DNA from: Candidatus Geothermocultoraceae bacterium
Lineage (GTDB): Bacteria > Actinomycetota > Aquicultoria > SKW223 > CALKMS01
NCBI GenBank assembly: GCA_036796755.1
Contig: DAIRCJ010000001.1
Coordinates: 1 to 54,823 of the forward strand
Reading direction: 5' to 3'
Length of the DNA stretch: 54,823 nt
The notes below the pieces were generated by a model. That model made no database searches. It was not told the DNA's origin and saw only the letters and a program-made list of their open reading frames with translations. Position numbers and translations under genes: made by a program. Shown piece after piece: positions 47,559 to 54,823 of this stretch; within the stretch, counting starts at the first letter, position 1, and every line of letters begins with the position of its first letter.

Positions 47559-48541
47559 AAAGAATTGTTCTGGGTTTTTCCTGGCTTACTATCCTGCTTT
47601 TTATAGGCTCGGTTGGTTTTAAACTAATTGAAAACGCAAGCTGGATTGATGCCTTTTATATGACCCTAATTACCATTTCAACAGTTGGTTTTCGGGAAGT
47701 AGTTCCCCTTTCAAATCTGGGAAAAATCTGGACCATGCTTTTAATTGTTAGCGGAGTCGGCTTAATTTTTTATACCGCCAGTTCTTCAATAGAATTTATG
47801 GTTGAAGGGCACTTTGGCGGGCTTTTAGAAAAAAGGAGGTTAAAAAAAATGAGAGATAGACTTCAAGGCCACACAATTATTTGCGGTTACGGAAGAGTTG
47901 GCAAGCAAGTAGCTCAAGAAATGGCTAAACGCAAATACCCCTTTATTGTTGTAGAAATTGATGCTGAAAAAGTTGCTGAAGCTCAAAAAAAGGACTATCT
48001 GGTATTAAATGGTGATGCCTCCAAAGAAGAAACCTTGCTGGAAGCTGGAATTAAGCGAGCTCGTTTTTTAGTTGCCGCTCTGGACTCTGATTCACAAAAT
48101 GTTTTTGTTGTTCTGGCGGCCAAACAACTAAACCCTGAACTTAGTATTGTCGCTCGAGCAAACGAGGAAGAATCGGAAGCCTTGCTTTTTAAAGCCGGTG
48201 CCTCTCATGTAGTTTCGCCAACAATTATTGGAGGAAGAAAAATTGCCAGCGTTATCTTAAAGCCTGCGGTAGCTGAGTTTCTCGACCGAATTTTTCCAGA
48301 AGAGAGCAGTGGTTTCGAATTAGACGAGATCGAAATCACCGAAAAAAATCCTTTTCTGGACAAGGATTTAAAGGAGCTAAATTTTGAGGAAAAATTTGAC
48401 TTAATAATTTTAGGAGTAAAAAAGAAGGGTAAAGGAGTTCTTCTAGCTTCCAAACCGGGACTTAAGCTGGAAAGAGGCGACAAACTGGTAATTGCCGGCA
48501 AAGTGAGTGAGCTTAAAAAATTTCTTAAAAGCTCAGGGTAG
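47555..48541 (+). CDS. 2-TM ion channel with RCK (TrkA-N/TrkA-C) domains, atypical pore signature
   Basis: 328 aa. Has TM1, a pore helix with TISTVGFRE, and TM2. These are followed by a Rossmann GxGxxG (ICGYGRVGKQVA) and a TrkA-C-like C-terminus. Confidence 0.8.
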   Translation: MKRIVLGFSWLTILLFIGSVGFKLIENASWIDAFYMTLITISTVGFREVVPLSNLGKIWTMLLIVSGVGLIFYTASSSIEFMVEGHFGGLLEKRRLKKMRDRLQGHTIICGYGRVGKQVAQEMAKRKYPFIVVEIDAEKVAEAQKKDYLVLNGDASKEETLLEAGIKRARFLVAALDSDSQNVFVVLAAKQLNPELSIVARANEEESEALLFKAGASHVVSPTIIGGRKIASVILKPAVAEFLDRIFPEESSGFELDEIEITEKNPFLDKDLKELNFEEKFDLIILGVKKKGKGVLLASKPGLKLERGDKLVIAGKVSELKKFLKSSG

Positions 48542-49582
48542 GGGAGTGACGATTTCAATCTCAACCCGAACAACTCCGGAAAATCCCAGTGCTTGAGCAG
48601 CTCTTTTTGATAAATCAAGGTCCCTTCCTGGAATAAAAGGCCCGCGGTCGTTAACTTTAACCACAATCTGGCGGTCTTTATATTTCACTGCCAGGAAAGT
48701 TCCAAAGGGAAGGGTGCGGTGAGCACAGGTAAAATCGTTTTCATTAAACACTTCCCCACTTGAAGTGCGCCGACCATGAAAACCTGGGCCATACCAGCTT
48801 GAATAGACGAAGAATTTTTCTCCGGTTGCCTTAAACCGGGCTGGAAACTGGGCATTGGTTAAATAAAACTGATTTGGGTAAGGATCTACGGTAACATATC
48901 TTTCGGTTACTGCTCCAAGGTAACCAGGAGTGCTGTAAGCCCTTCTAAGAGCATTCTCGTAAGAAGAGCGCATTTGCTGGTAAAGGATTTTTAGTTCTTC
49001 ATTGGCCTGGGCTAAAAGCGCCTGAAGTTCTTTTTCCTTTTGGTTAAGTTTTTCCAGATTGAGAAGGTATTGTTCATTTAAAATGTCTTTGACCTTCCTT
49101 TCTTCCAGCAATTCCTTTTCTATTTTTTGTATCTCATCTCGATAGGTGTTAATTTTCTGGATAATTTCCTGGTCGTTTTTTAGTAAGCGGGAAGCAATAT
49201 AAAATCGGGTGATGAAATCAAAAAAGCTCTGAGCGTTTAAAAGGAGGTCAAGGATACCTCGATCCCCATAAATGTAAAGCTTTCTAATTCTCTGGCTGGC
49301 AATGCTTTCTTCTCTTTCTAAAAATTTCTGAGTGCGGTCCAGCCGTAGCCGAGTTAAAGCTAGCCTTTCATTAAGCACCTCTAACTGATTGCTTAAGGCT
49401 ACTTTGTACTCTGATAGAAGTTCGCGCTGGGCTTCGACCTGTTTAATCTTCCGTTTAATTTCTTCAATCTGGGCTCTTTTTCCGCTAATAGTGGAAGGCG
49501 GAAGAGCTGAAGCCTTAAAAGCAATTGACCATAAACTGAACCAGGCTAAAAACAAAAGCTTAATAAGCCTTTTTTTATTCAT
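48533..49582 (-). CDS. secreted coiled-coil protein with C-terminal RlpA-like double-psi beta-barrel domain
   Basis: 349 aa. Has a signal peptide, a long coiled coil, and then SGEVFNENDFTCAHRTLPFGTFLAVKY...VVKVNDRGPF (DPBB/RlpA-like). Confidence 0.8.
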   Translation of the reverse strand: MNKKRLIKLLFLAWFSLWSIAFKASALPPSTISGKRAQIEEIKRKIKQVEAQRELLSEYKVALSNQLEVLNERLALTRLRLDRTQKFLEREESIASQRIRKLYIYGDRGILDLLLNAQSFFDFITRFYIASRLLKNDQEIIQKINTYRDEIQKIEKELLEERKVKDILNEQYLLNLEKLNQKEKELQALLAQANEELKILYQQMRSSYENALRRAYSTPGYLGAVTERYVTVDPYPNQFYLTNAQFPARFKATGEKFFVYSSWYGPGFHGRRTSSGEVFNENDFTCAHRTLPFGTFLAVKYKDRQIVVKVNDRGPFIPGRDLDLSKRAAQALGFSGVVRVEIEIVTPLP

Positions 49583-49661
49583 AAACCACTAAATTATAAT
49601 CTGAACAGCTATTTTTTTCAACTTCAGGTGCTAATTTGTAGTTACTATTTTGAAATTTAGT

Positions 49662-49689
49662 TTGATTGACGGTTCGAAAAAAGTAAAAT
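49662..49689 (+). promoter_or_regulatory. possible promoter giving a leaderless transcript for 49697 ORF
   Basis: TTGATT (49662-49667), a 16-nt spacer, then TAAAAT (49684-49689), with only 7 nt before ATG 49697 and no SD. Confidence 0.3.
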
Positions 49690-49696
49690 TAAGTTA

Positions 49697-50008
49697 ATGA
49701 AGAAAATCATAGGACCAGCTAATGAATTTTACCGGGTAAGACTTTTTGAGATCATCTGCGAGTTTCCAGCCGAACTTGATTGGAAAGAAGGAATTTCTTA
49801 CTTCCCACCCCCACCAGAAGAGGGGAAAAGCTTAAGAAAGTTCCTAATTGAGTTTGTGGACATAGAAAACAAAACCTCTTACCCCTGGAGGTATTTTATA
49901 GATAAAAGCGAAGCTCTACGAGCTTTTGAAGAGGCTCAAGAAGATATCAAAACTTTGACTAAAAAACAGCTGGAAGAAAAATATCTATTTTTACCAAAAA
50001 ACATTTAA
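49697..50008 (+). CDS. hypothetical protein
   Basis: 103 aa. No recognisable motif. It is the first gene of a co-directional block. Confidence 0.5.
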   Translation: MKKIIGPANEFYRVRLFEIICEFPAELDWKEGISYFPPPPEEGKSLRKFLIEFVDIENKTSYPWRYFIDKSEALRAFEEAQEDIKTLTKKQLEEKYLFLPKNI

Positions 50009-50060
50009 TTAACTTGATTTTATAGGCAAATGTCGGTATTATTAGTTGTTGGTGGGATAA

Positions 50061-50474
50061 ATGGGGATATATTTTGACTACGATTTTGAAGACGGAAAAG
50101 AGGTTGAGAGATGGTCGCCTTGTTACCTGTGCAATCAAAAGAAAGTTCTTTTCGTTGAGTATCATATAAAAACCGGCCTTGTTTATTCTTTATATGACAA
50201 CGCGCGAAAACTTCATAGCGGGCACCAGGTCAAAGTTGGGAGTGCTGAATATCTGGTTTGCGAAGACTGCTACAATACTTATGGAAGCGAAGAAGGCCTG
50301 GTAAGCGAAATTATTCGGCGGCGCAAGGAGGAAAAAGAATCAGAGGTCAGCTCTCAGGTTCAAACTATCGAAAAAGAGATAGAAGAAACAAAAAAAGAAT
50401 TTTTAGAGCTAGTCGAACGCCTGGGCAAGTTATACTATCATCTTGAAAAAGCAAAGGAGGGCAAAGTTGGTTAG
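50061..50474 (+). CDS. hypothetical Cys4 + coiled-coil protein (paralog A)
   Basis: 137 aa. MGIYFDYDFEDGKEVE..CYLC...CEDC followed by a K/E-rich helix. It is a paralog of 51198-51638. Confidence 0.6.
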   Translation: MGIYFDYDFEDGKEVERWSPCYLCNQKKVLFVEYHIKTGLVYSLYDNARKLHSGHQVKVGSAEYLVCEDCYNTYGSEEGLVSEIIRRRKEEKESEVSSQVQTIEKEIEETKKEFLELVERLGKLYYHLEKAKEGKVG

Positions 50475-51171
50475 GGTAGTTTTTTACGGTTATTCTTCTT
50501 TCGCTGTCAAAGGTGAAAGGCTAAAAATACTTATTGACCCTGGGAAAGCCATACCCGAAGAAAACCCGATTATTCCTGCTGACGAATATAAAGAGGCTGA
50601 TATGGTTCTGGTAACCTCTATTGGCGAAGATCATTCCGGGGCTCTGCCCGCGGTTGTTTCTACCGGCTTCAAAGTGGTAATTGGTCCCGAAGAGTTAAAA
50701 GAGCAACTAAATGTTGAAAGTGTGAACTTCCAGGCCATTAAACCCCAGGAAGAAATTAATATTTTAGGTATTAAAGTCCAGGCTTTTAAGGCCTCTCCTG
50801 GCCAGATAGGGGGAGGCTTGAGAAGTTTATTTAAGCGCAAAAGCACAACTCCAGAAGGGCTTGGTTATCTTATTACCCTTGAAGAAAGAACGGTCTGCCA
50901 TTTAGGTGAAACTCTCATTCGGGAAGATTGGGAAGAATGGAGGCCAGACTTATTGCTTATTCCGATTGGTGGGGGAACAACGATGGACATAACTGAAGCC
51001 ATTATGGCTGTTGATAAAATTAAACCCCGGGTTGTGGTGCCGATGCATTATAATCTTCCGGCCGGTATTTACCAGTCACGTCAGATTGACCCTTCCCAGT
51101 TTGTTGCCCAGATGGACGAAAGGGGATACGAGGCTAAAATACTCGAGCCCGGTCATTCAATATTAATTTAA
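50467..51171 (+). CDS. MBL-fold (UPF0173-like) protein with degenerate metal-binding motif
   Basis: The start is set at TTG 50467, 6 nt after AAGGAGG. The fold pattern is ILIDPG...DMVLVTSIGEDHSG...PIGGGTTMD...VVPMHYN, but HxHxDH is replaced by SIGEDH. Confidence 0.6.
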   Translation: MVRVVFYGYSSFAVKGERLKILIDPGKAIPEENPIIPADEYKEADMVLVTSIGEDHSGALPAVVSTGFKVVIGPEELKEQLNVESVNFQAIKPQEEINILGIKVQAFKASPGQIGGGLRSLFKRKSTTPEGLGYLITLEERTVCHLGETLIREDWEEWRPDLLLIPIGGGTTMDITEAIMAVDKIKPRVVVPMHYNLPAGIYQSRQIDPSQFVAQMDERGYEAKILEPGHSILI

Positions 51172-51197
51172 AAAGAATTTTTATAAAGGAGGTCATT

Positions 51198-51638
51198 ATG
51201 GGAGTATATTTTGAGTACGATTTCAAGAATGGAAAGGAAGTTGAAAAAGCAGAAAAATGCTTTCTCTGCGATGCCGACAGCGTGGTTTATGCTGAGTATT
51301 ACATTCTTGAAGGGGACACTTATAAACTTTACAAAGACGCCCGCAAAATAATAAAAGGCAAGGAAGTTCAGGTTGGCAGTCAAGTTCATGCGGTGGGACC
51401 GGAATGTCTGGAGAAGTATCCGGAAGAAGAAACTCTCATTTCTGCCATCCTGGAAAGACGGGTTGAGGCCAAGAAGAGCGAGAAGAAAAAGGAAATTGAA
51501 GAATTAGAAGCCCAGATGAAAGCCAAGGAAGAAGAAATTAAAGCTAAAGAAGAAGAAATTAAAAAGATGAAAGCTGAGCTTGACGAAATCAAAGCTAAAA
51601 TCGACGCCATCAAGAAGGAAGTCGAAAGCAAAAAGTAA
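51198..51638 (+). CDS. hypothetical Cys + coiled-coil protein (paralog B)
   Basis: 146 aa. MGVYFEYDFKNGKEVE..CFLC...PEC followed by a K/E-rich coiled coil. AAGGAGG SD. Confidence 0.6.
   Translation: MGVYFEYDFKNGKEVEKAEKCFLCDADSVVYAEYYILEGDTYKLYKDARKIIKGKEVQVGSQVHAVGPECLEKYPEEETLISAILERRVEAKKSEKKKEIEELEAQMKAKEEEIKAKEEEIKKMKAELDEIKAKIDAIKKEVESKK
51522..51563 (+). repeat. imperfect 21-bp tandem duplication inside paralog B
   Basis: gccaaggaagaagaaattaaa / gctaaagaagaagaaattaaa, 19 of 21 identical. It encodes AKEEEIK twice. Confidence 0.85.
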
Positions 51639-51657
51639 TTTGTTTTAAACCGAAAAT

Positions 51658-52479
51658 TTATTCAGAGAAAGAAATTGGTTCTTCCAGGGCATGAAGAATT
51701 TTTTCCATGCCCTGTTTGTTTTCAGGGTAGGATACGGCAGCGGCATAAATCTGATCGGCTGTTGGCTCGCAACCATGACTTTGTAAAACTTTTAAGATAA
51801 TATTTTTTATTCTTTCTTCAACTACCCGACAGCCCTGAAAAGGAGTGTGGGGAAGAACCATCAGAAATTGATTTTCGTATCTCCCAAGTTCATCAATAGT
51901 CCGTATATTTTTCCTGATTATTGAAGCGACTTCGCTTAAAATATGCTCTCGGCGAAAGGCGCTAACCACTTCCAGAGCATTGGGGTCAACTTCCATTAAA
52001 ATAATAGAAAAATTGCTTTTATATCTTTCATATTCTTTAATGTATTTATGTATAAGATTTGACAAATATTCTTTTGTATAAATAGCACTTACAGCACTGC
52101 TTAGCCGGTGCTGCTCAAGCTCAGCGAACTGGTTAGAAACTGATTGAGCGGTTTGCCCCAAATACCAGCCGGCTACAGGGTAGAGGAGAACGAGAAAAAA
52201 GGAAAGAATTGAAAGGGGAGAGAAAGAAAAATTTGCCAGAAAAACGCCAACGAAAACAGCTATTAAAATGAAAGCTGAAGCTATTCCAGCCCAGAACCCC
52301 CCGTTTTTAAACCAGAAAGCTGAAGAAAGGATGACCGGAATAAAGAGAAAAACGGCTAAAGCAGCTAATAAATTAAGGGGGAGAAGAGATAAAACCAGAA
52401 CCAGCAAAAGAAGGGAAAGATAAAAAATAGCTTCCCGAGTAAAGGCATAATATGTTATGGGATAAGTGACTTTTTTCAT
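51658..52479 (-). CDS. membrane protein with degenerate GGDEF-like cytoplasmic domain
   Basis: 273 aa. Has about 4 TM helices, then FSIILMEVDP...SEVASIIRKNIRTIDELGRYENQFLMVLP. This has a GGDEF-domain layout, with RYENQF in place of RxGGDEF. Confidence 0.5.
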   Translation of the reverse strand: MKKVTYPITYYAFTREAIFYLSLLLLVLVLSLLPLNLLAALAVFLFIPVILSSAFWFKNGGFWAGIASAFILIAVFVGVFLANFSFSPLSILSFFLVLLYPVAGWYLGQTAQSVSNQFAELEQHRLSSAVSAIYTKEYLSNLIHKYIKEYERYKSNFSIILMEVDPNALEVVSAFRREHILSEVASIIRKNIRTIDELGRYENQFLMVLPHTPFQGCRVVEERIKNIILKVLQSHGCEPTADQIYAAAVSYPENKQGMEKILHALEEPISFSE

Positions 52480-53112
52480 TTACTTTAGAAACTTGCCAAG
52501 CCAGCCGGGTGACTGTTGACTCTGAGCTTCAACCGGGTTTTCGTTTGAGTATCCATTAAGAAAGTTGCGAACTTTAGCAGCGAAATCGGGATTGTTTAAA
52601 ATTGGCCGAAAATAATTCCAGATAGCATTCCAGTCTCTTTTAATTTCGCTCATTCCCTGGTGGGAGACAAGCTCAATCATCCGGTGGCGGGTAGTTATCA
52701 AATTAATTTCGGGAAGGTTTTTTAAAGAACAGGAAAGCTTAAACTCGCTGACGTGAGGATTATTTACCAGAATACGATAAGCAGAAATAATTAAAACTTC
52801 TTCAGGATTAACAAAATTTAGTTTTATTCTATCCTCCTCGGATAAAATTGAATCGTCAAAGCTAATAGAAAGGGCAGGGCCTTTGAGGGTTACTTGCTTA
52901 ATCAAAGAGCCATAACGGGTGTTTCTCAAATCATTTTCAAGCTGGAGCGCCCTTATGGTATCTGAAAGGCTCATCATTGCATCTTTAGGTATTCTCAACA
53001 GGAGCTCATCAAAAAAATTCTTTAAGTGGCACTCATTCCGATAGCAACGCCTTTCAGAAAGTTTCAAATGGCCACAGACTCGATTGCAGTAGTCCTCATA
53101 TACTTTTGCCAT
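52480..53112 (-). CDS. hypothetical protein with N-terminal Cys cluster
   Basis: 210 aa. Has C9-x3-C13...C23-x4-C28. Its stop abuts the start of 51658-52479 with zero gap. GGAG SD. Confidence 0.55.
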   Translation of the reverse strand: MAKVYEDYCNRVCGHLKLSERRCYRNECHLKNFFDELLLRIPKDAMMSLSDTIRALQLENDLRNTRYGSLIKQVTLKGPALSISFDDSILSEEDRIKLNFVNPEEVLIISAYRILVNNPHVSEFKLSCSLKNLPEINLITTRHRMIELVSHQGMSEIKRDWNAIWNYFRPILNNPDFAAKVRNFLNGYSNENPVEAQSQQSPGWLGKFLK

Positions 53113-53598
53113 CTTCTCCAGACCTTGCCTTCATTTTTGTTTATTTTACCCCACCAAAAAGATAAAACAAATTCCATTTTAGTTTACATAACATATATTA
53201 TCGCAACTTATGCAAACTCCTTTCTTATAATATTTAACGAAGAATTCCCTCATAAGTGTTGGCTTCTCCATCATTTCTTACGTTTTCCGCTTCTTTTTAA
53301 ATTAATTTCACTTTTCTGATTTCCGCCCCGTTAAGTTTTAAAAATTAAATCCAAACTTATATGGTTTCCGAAACAGCTAATTCCGGGTAATCTGCTTAAA
53401 CTTCCCAATTAACTTAGTTTGTCTATCAATAAAATCTAAAATCTCCAAAAAAAGCCCGACCTACTGTTATGATTTGACTGGTTAAGAACCGGAACAAGAA
53501 AAAACACAGTTAAAGAACTAAATATGACAAAAACTAAAAATTAAAGGCTTAAAAAGCAGAAAACAAAACCTCTCAAGATTTTTTAATATTTATTTTTT

Positions 53599-53628
53599 AA
53601 AAAAACCGCTCAGAGAGGCTCTGGAAGC
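53599..53628 (-). terminator. possible weak intrinsic terminator after dut
   Basis: The minus-strand RNA reads gcuucCAGAGccuCUCUGagcgg followed by U7. The stem is short and separated from the U tract, about 40 nt after the dut stop. Confidence 0.3.
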
Positions 53629-53666
53629 ATATTCCCAGCTAAATTGGGCTCTTTCCCTCCCCAAAA

Positions 53667-54104
53667 TTAAATTCCTGTGCTTCCAAATCCTCCGGTTCCA
53701 CGAGATGTTGGGTCGAGTTCGTCCACCTCCTCCCATTCAACCTCAGCTACTTGCTGCACAACCATTTGAGCAATTTTATCGCCTCTTTTGATTTCAAAAG
53801 AGTTTTCCCTGTCAGTGTTTAATAAAATAACTTTAATCTCGCCCCGGTAGCCCGAATCGATCAACCCTGGAGTGTTGACAATGGTAATACCGTATTTAGC
53901 TGCCAGCCCGCTGCGTGGTTGAACAAAGGCTGCCCAGCCCCGAGGTAAGCTTATGGAAATTCCAGTAGGAACAATCTGACGCATCCCGGGTTTTATAACC
54001 AGGTCAACAGTGCTGTAAAGGTCCACTCCCGCATCGCCCGGATGAGCAAAGCGGGGCAAGGGCAAATCAGGATCTAATCTTTTAACTTTTACTTTAACTC
54101 TCAA
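53667..54104 (-). CDS. dut: dUTP diphosphatase
   Basis: 145 aa. Has [29 protein letters not shown] and a C-terminal [10 protein letters not shown]. Confidence 0.95.
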   Translation of the reverse strand: MRVKVKVKRLDPDLPLPRFAHPGDAGVDLYSTVDLVIKPGMRQIVPTGISISLPRGWAAFVQPRSGLAAKYGITIVNTPGLIDSGYRGEIKVILLNTDRENSFEIKRGDKIAQMVVQQVAEVEWEEVDELDPTSRGTGGFGSTGI

Positions 54105-54106
54105 GT

Positions 54107-54823
54107 TTAAGCACCTCGGACCCGAGTTGGGACAATCTCGCTAGCTTCTTTAGCCCAAGAATAAAGCGTATCCGAAGAGTAGGGCTCAACAAAATTAAAA
54201 TCTTTACTTAAGGTTTTTTGAGGATTGAACTGCTGTAAAATATAAATATCAGCTCCTTTGATTTCTTCAGCGATAGCTAAGACATCATGCCGATCGACTA
54301 GTCCTGGAACTACTGTTGTTCTAAACTCGTGCTTAAGGCCAGAGCTTAGGATTTTTTCAATGGTTTGTTTAATTAATCTAACCGAAGCAAAATTAGAGGT
54401 AGCATCCTCATAATGGTTAAAGCCGGTTTTTATGTCCATAGCAATGAAATCTACCAGTCCTTCATTTATCAGTTCCTCAATCATTTGAGGGTTGCTCCCA
54501 TTAGTATCAAGCTTAACTGGATAGCCCATTTTTTTAATTTCTCTTAAGTAAAATGGCAGTTCAGAGTGGATTGTTGGCTCCCCTCCCCCAATCACAACAG
54601 CGTCCAACCAGCCTTTTCTGCTTTTCAAGTGTGAAGAAAGGTCTTCCCATTCGAAAGGGGTTAAGTTTTCAAGCTCTGTAACCAGTTCGGGATTGTGACA
54701 GAAAGGACAGCGGAAATTGCACCCAGCGGTGAAGAAGACAGTAGAGATCTTTCCTTCCCAATCAAGCATAGAAGCGGGCAAAAAACCACCAAAAATTATA
54801 GAACTTGTTTGATCTCTTCCGGC
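54107..54823 (-). CDS. nrdG: anaerobic ribonucleoside-triphosphate reductase activating protein (radical SAM), 5' end probably outside window
   Basis: Has [18 protein letters not shown] (CX3CX2C). The frame stays open upstream of the track's TTG 54781 right to the window edge (…[17 protein letters not shown]), and that stretch looks like the conserved N-terminus. Confidence 0.85.
   Translation of the reverse strand, partial: AGRDQTSSIIFGGFLPASMLDWEGKISTVFFTAGCNFRCPFCHNPELVTELENLTPFEWEDLSSHLKSRKGWLDAVVIGGGEPTIHSELPFYLREIKKMGYPVKLDTNGSNPQMIEELINEGLVDFIAMDIKTGFNHYEDATSNFASVRLIKQTIEKILSSGLKHEFRTTVVPGLVDRHDVLAIAEEIKGADIYILQQFNPQKTLSKDFNFVEPYSSDTLYSWAKEASEIVPTRVRGA

Noticed and set aside
49671-49679. 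GGTTCGAAA T-loop-like string suggesting a tRNA
   Set aside because: No acceptor, D or anticodon stems can be drawn around it. It lies inside promoter-like AT-rich sequence.
53026-53319. 97-aa plus-strand ORF at the edge of the long AT-rich spacer
   Set aside because: It overlaps the start of the minus-strand 210-aa gene. It has AT-rich composition bias, no SD and no recognisable motif.
1-54823. CRISPR arrays, rRNA/tRNA genes, retron/DGR-type repeat pairs, prophage genes
   Set aside because: No regularly spaced direct repeats, reverse transcriptase, phage structural genes or RNA-gene signatures were seen in any intergenic region. The only repeats found are the short ones listed in the features and findings.

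Overview
This is a 54.8-kb chromosomal window from a moderately AT-rich bacterium. It consists almost entirely of plus-strand housekeeping operons. The gene order looks actinobacterial: pyrC'-carAB-pyrKDFE, mihF-gmk-rpoZ-coaBC-metK, pnp-M16 peptidase-dapB-dapA-RNase J-uppP-ftsK, an FHA protein followed by a MerR regulator, and hpt. Several enzymes are anaerobe-type: class 1B DHODH (pyrK/pyrD), an HgdC-type activase and NrdG. The window also holds gltX, dnaE, dut and a his operon (hisD-HAD-hisB-hisH-hisA-hisF, a 335-bp spacer, then hisIE). I recognised no rRNA, tRNA, CRISPR array, transposase or integrase by eye. There are four main candidates for something new. (1) An accessory cassette between dnaE and hisD (21.5-24.9 kb), AT-rich in its first gene. 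It encodes a PD-(D/E)xK-like protein, a small ORF and an Lhr-like SF2 helicase whose frame is broken. (2) A tight metK-to-gltX cluster in which queC, an unknown ORF and queE are fused to a 2-hydroxyacyl-CoA-dehydratase-like protein, its ATP-dependent activase, a cupin and a DUF62 SAM hydrolase. (3) A coiled-coil protein carrying two copies of the RsiG-type c-di-GMP-binding motif. (4) Duplicated small Cys/coiled-coil proteins flanking a degenerate MBL-fold protein, next to a membrane protein with a degenerate GGDEF-like domain. All functional calls come from motif recognition on the supplied translations and hand inspection of the DNA. No database search or folding program was run.
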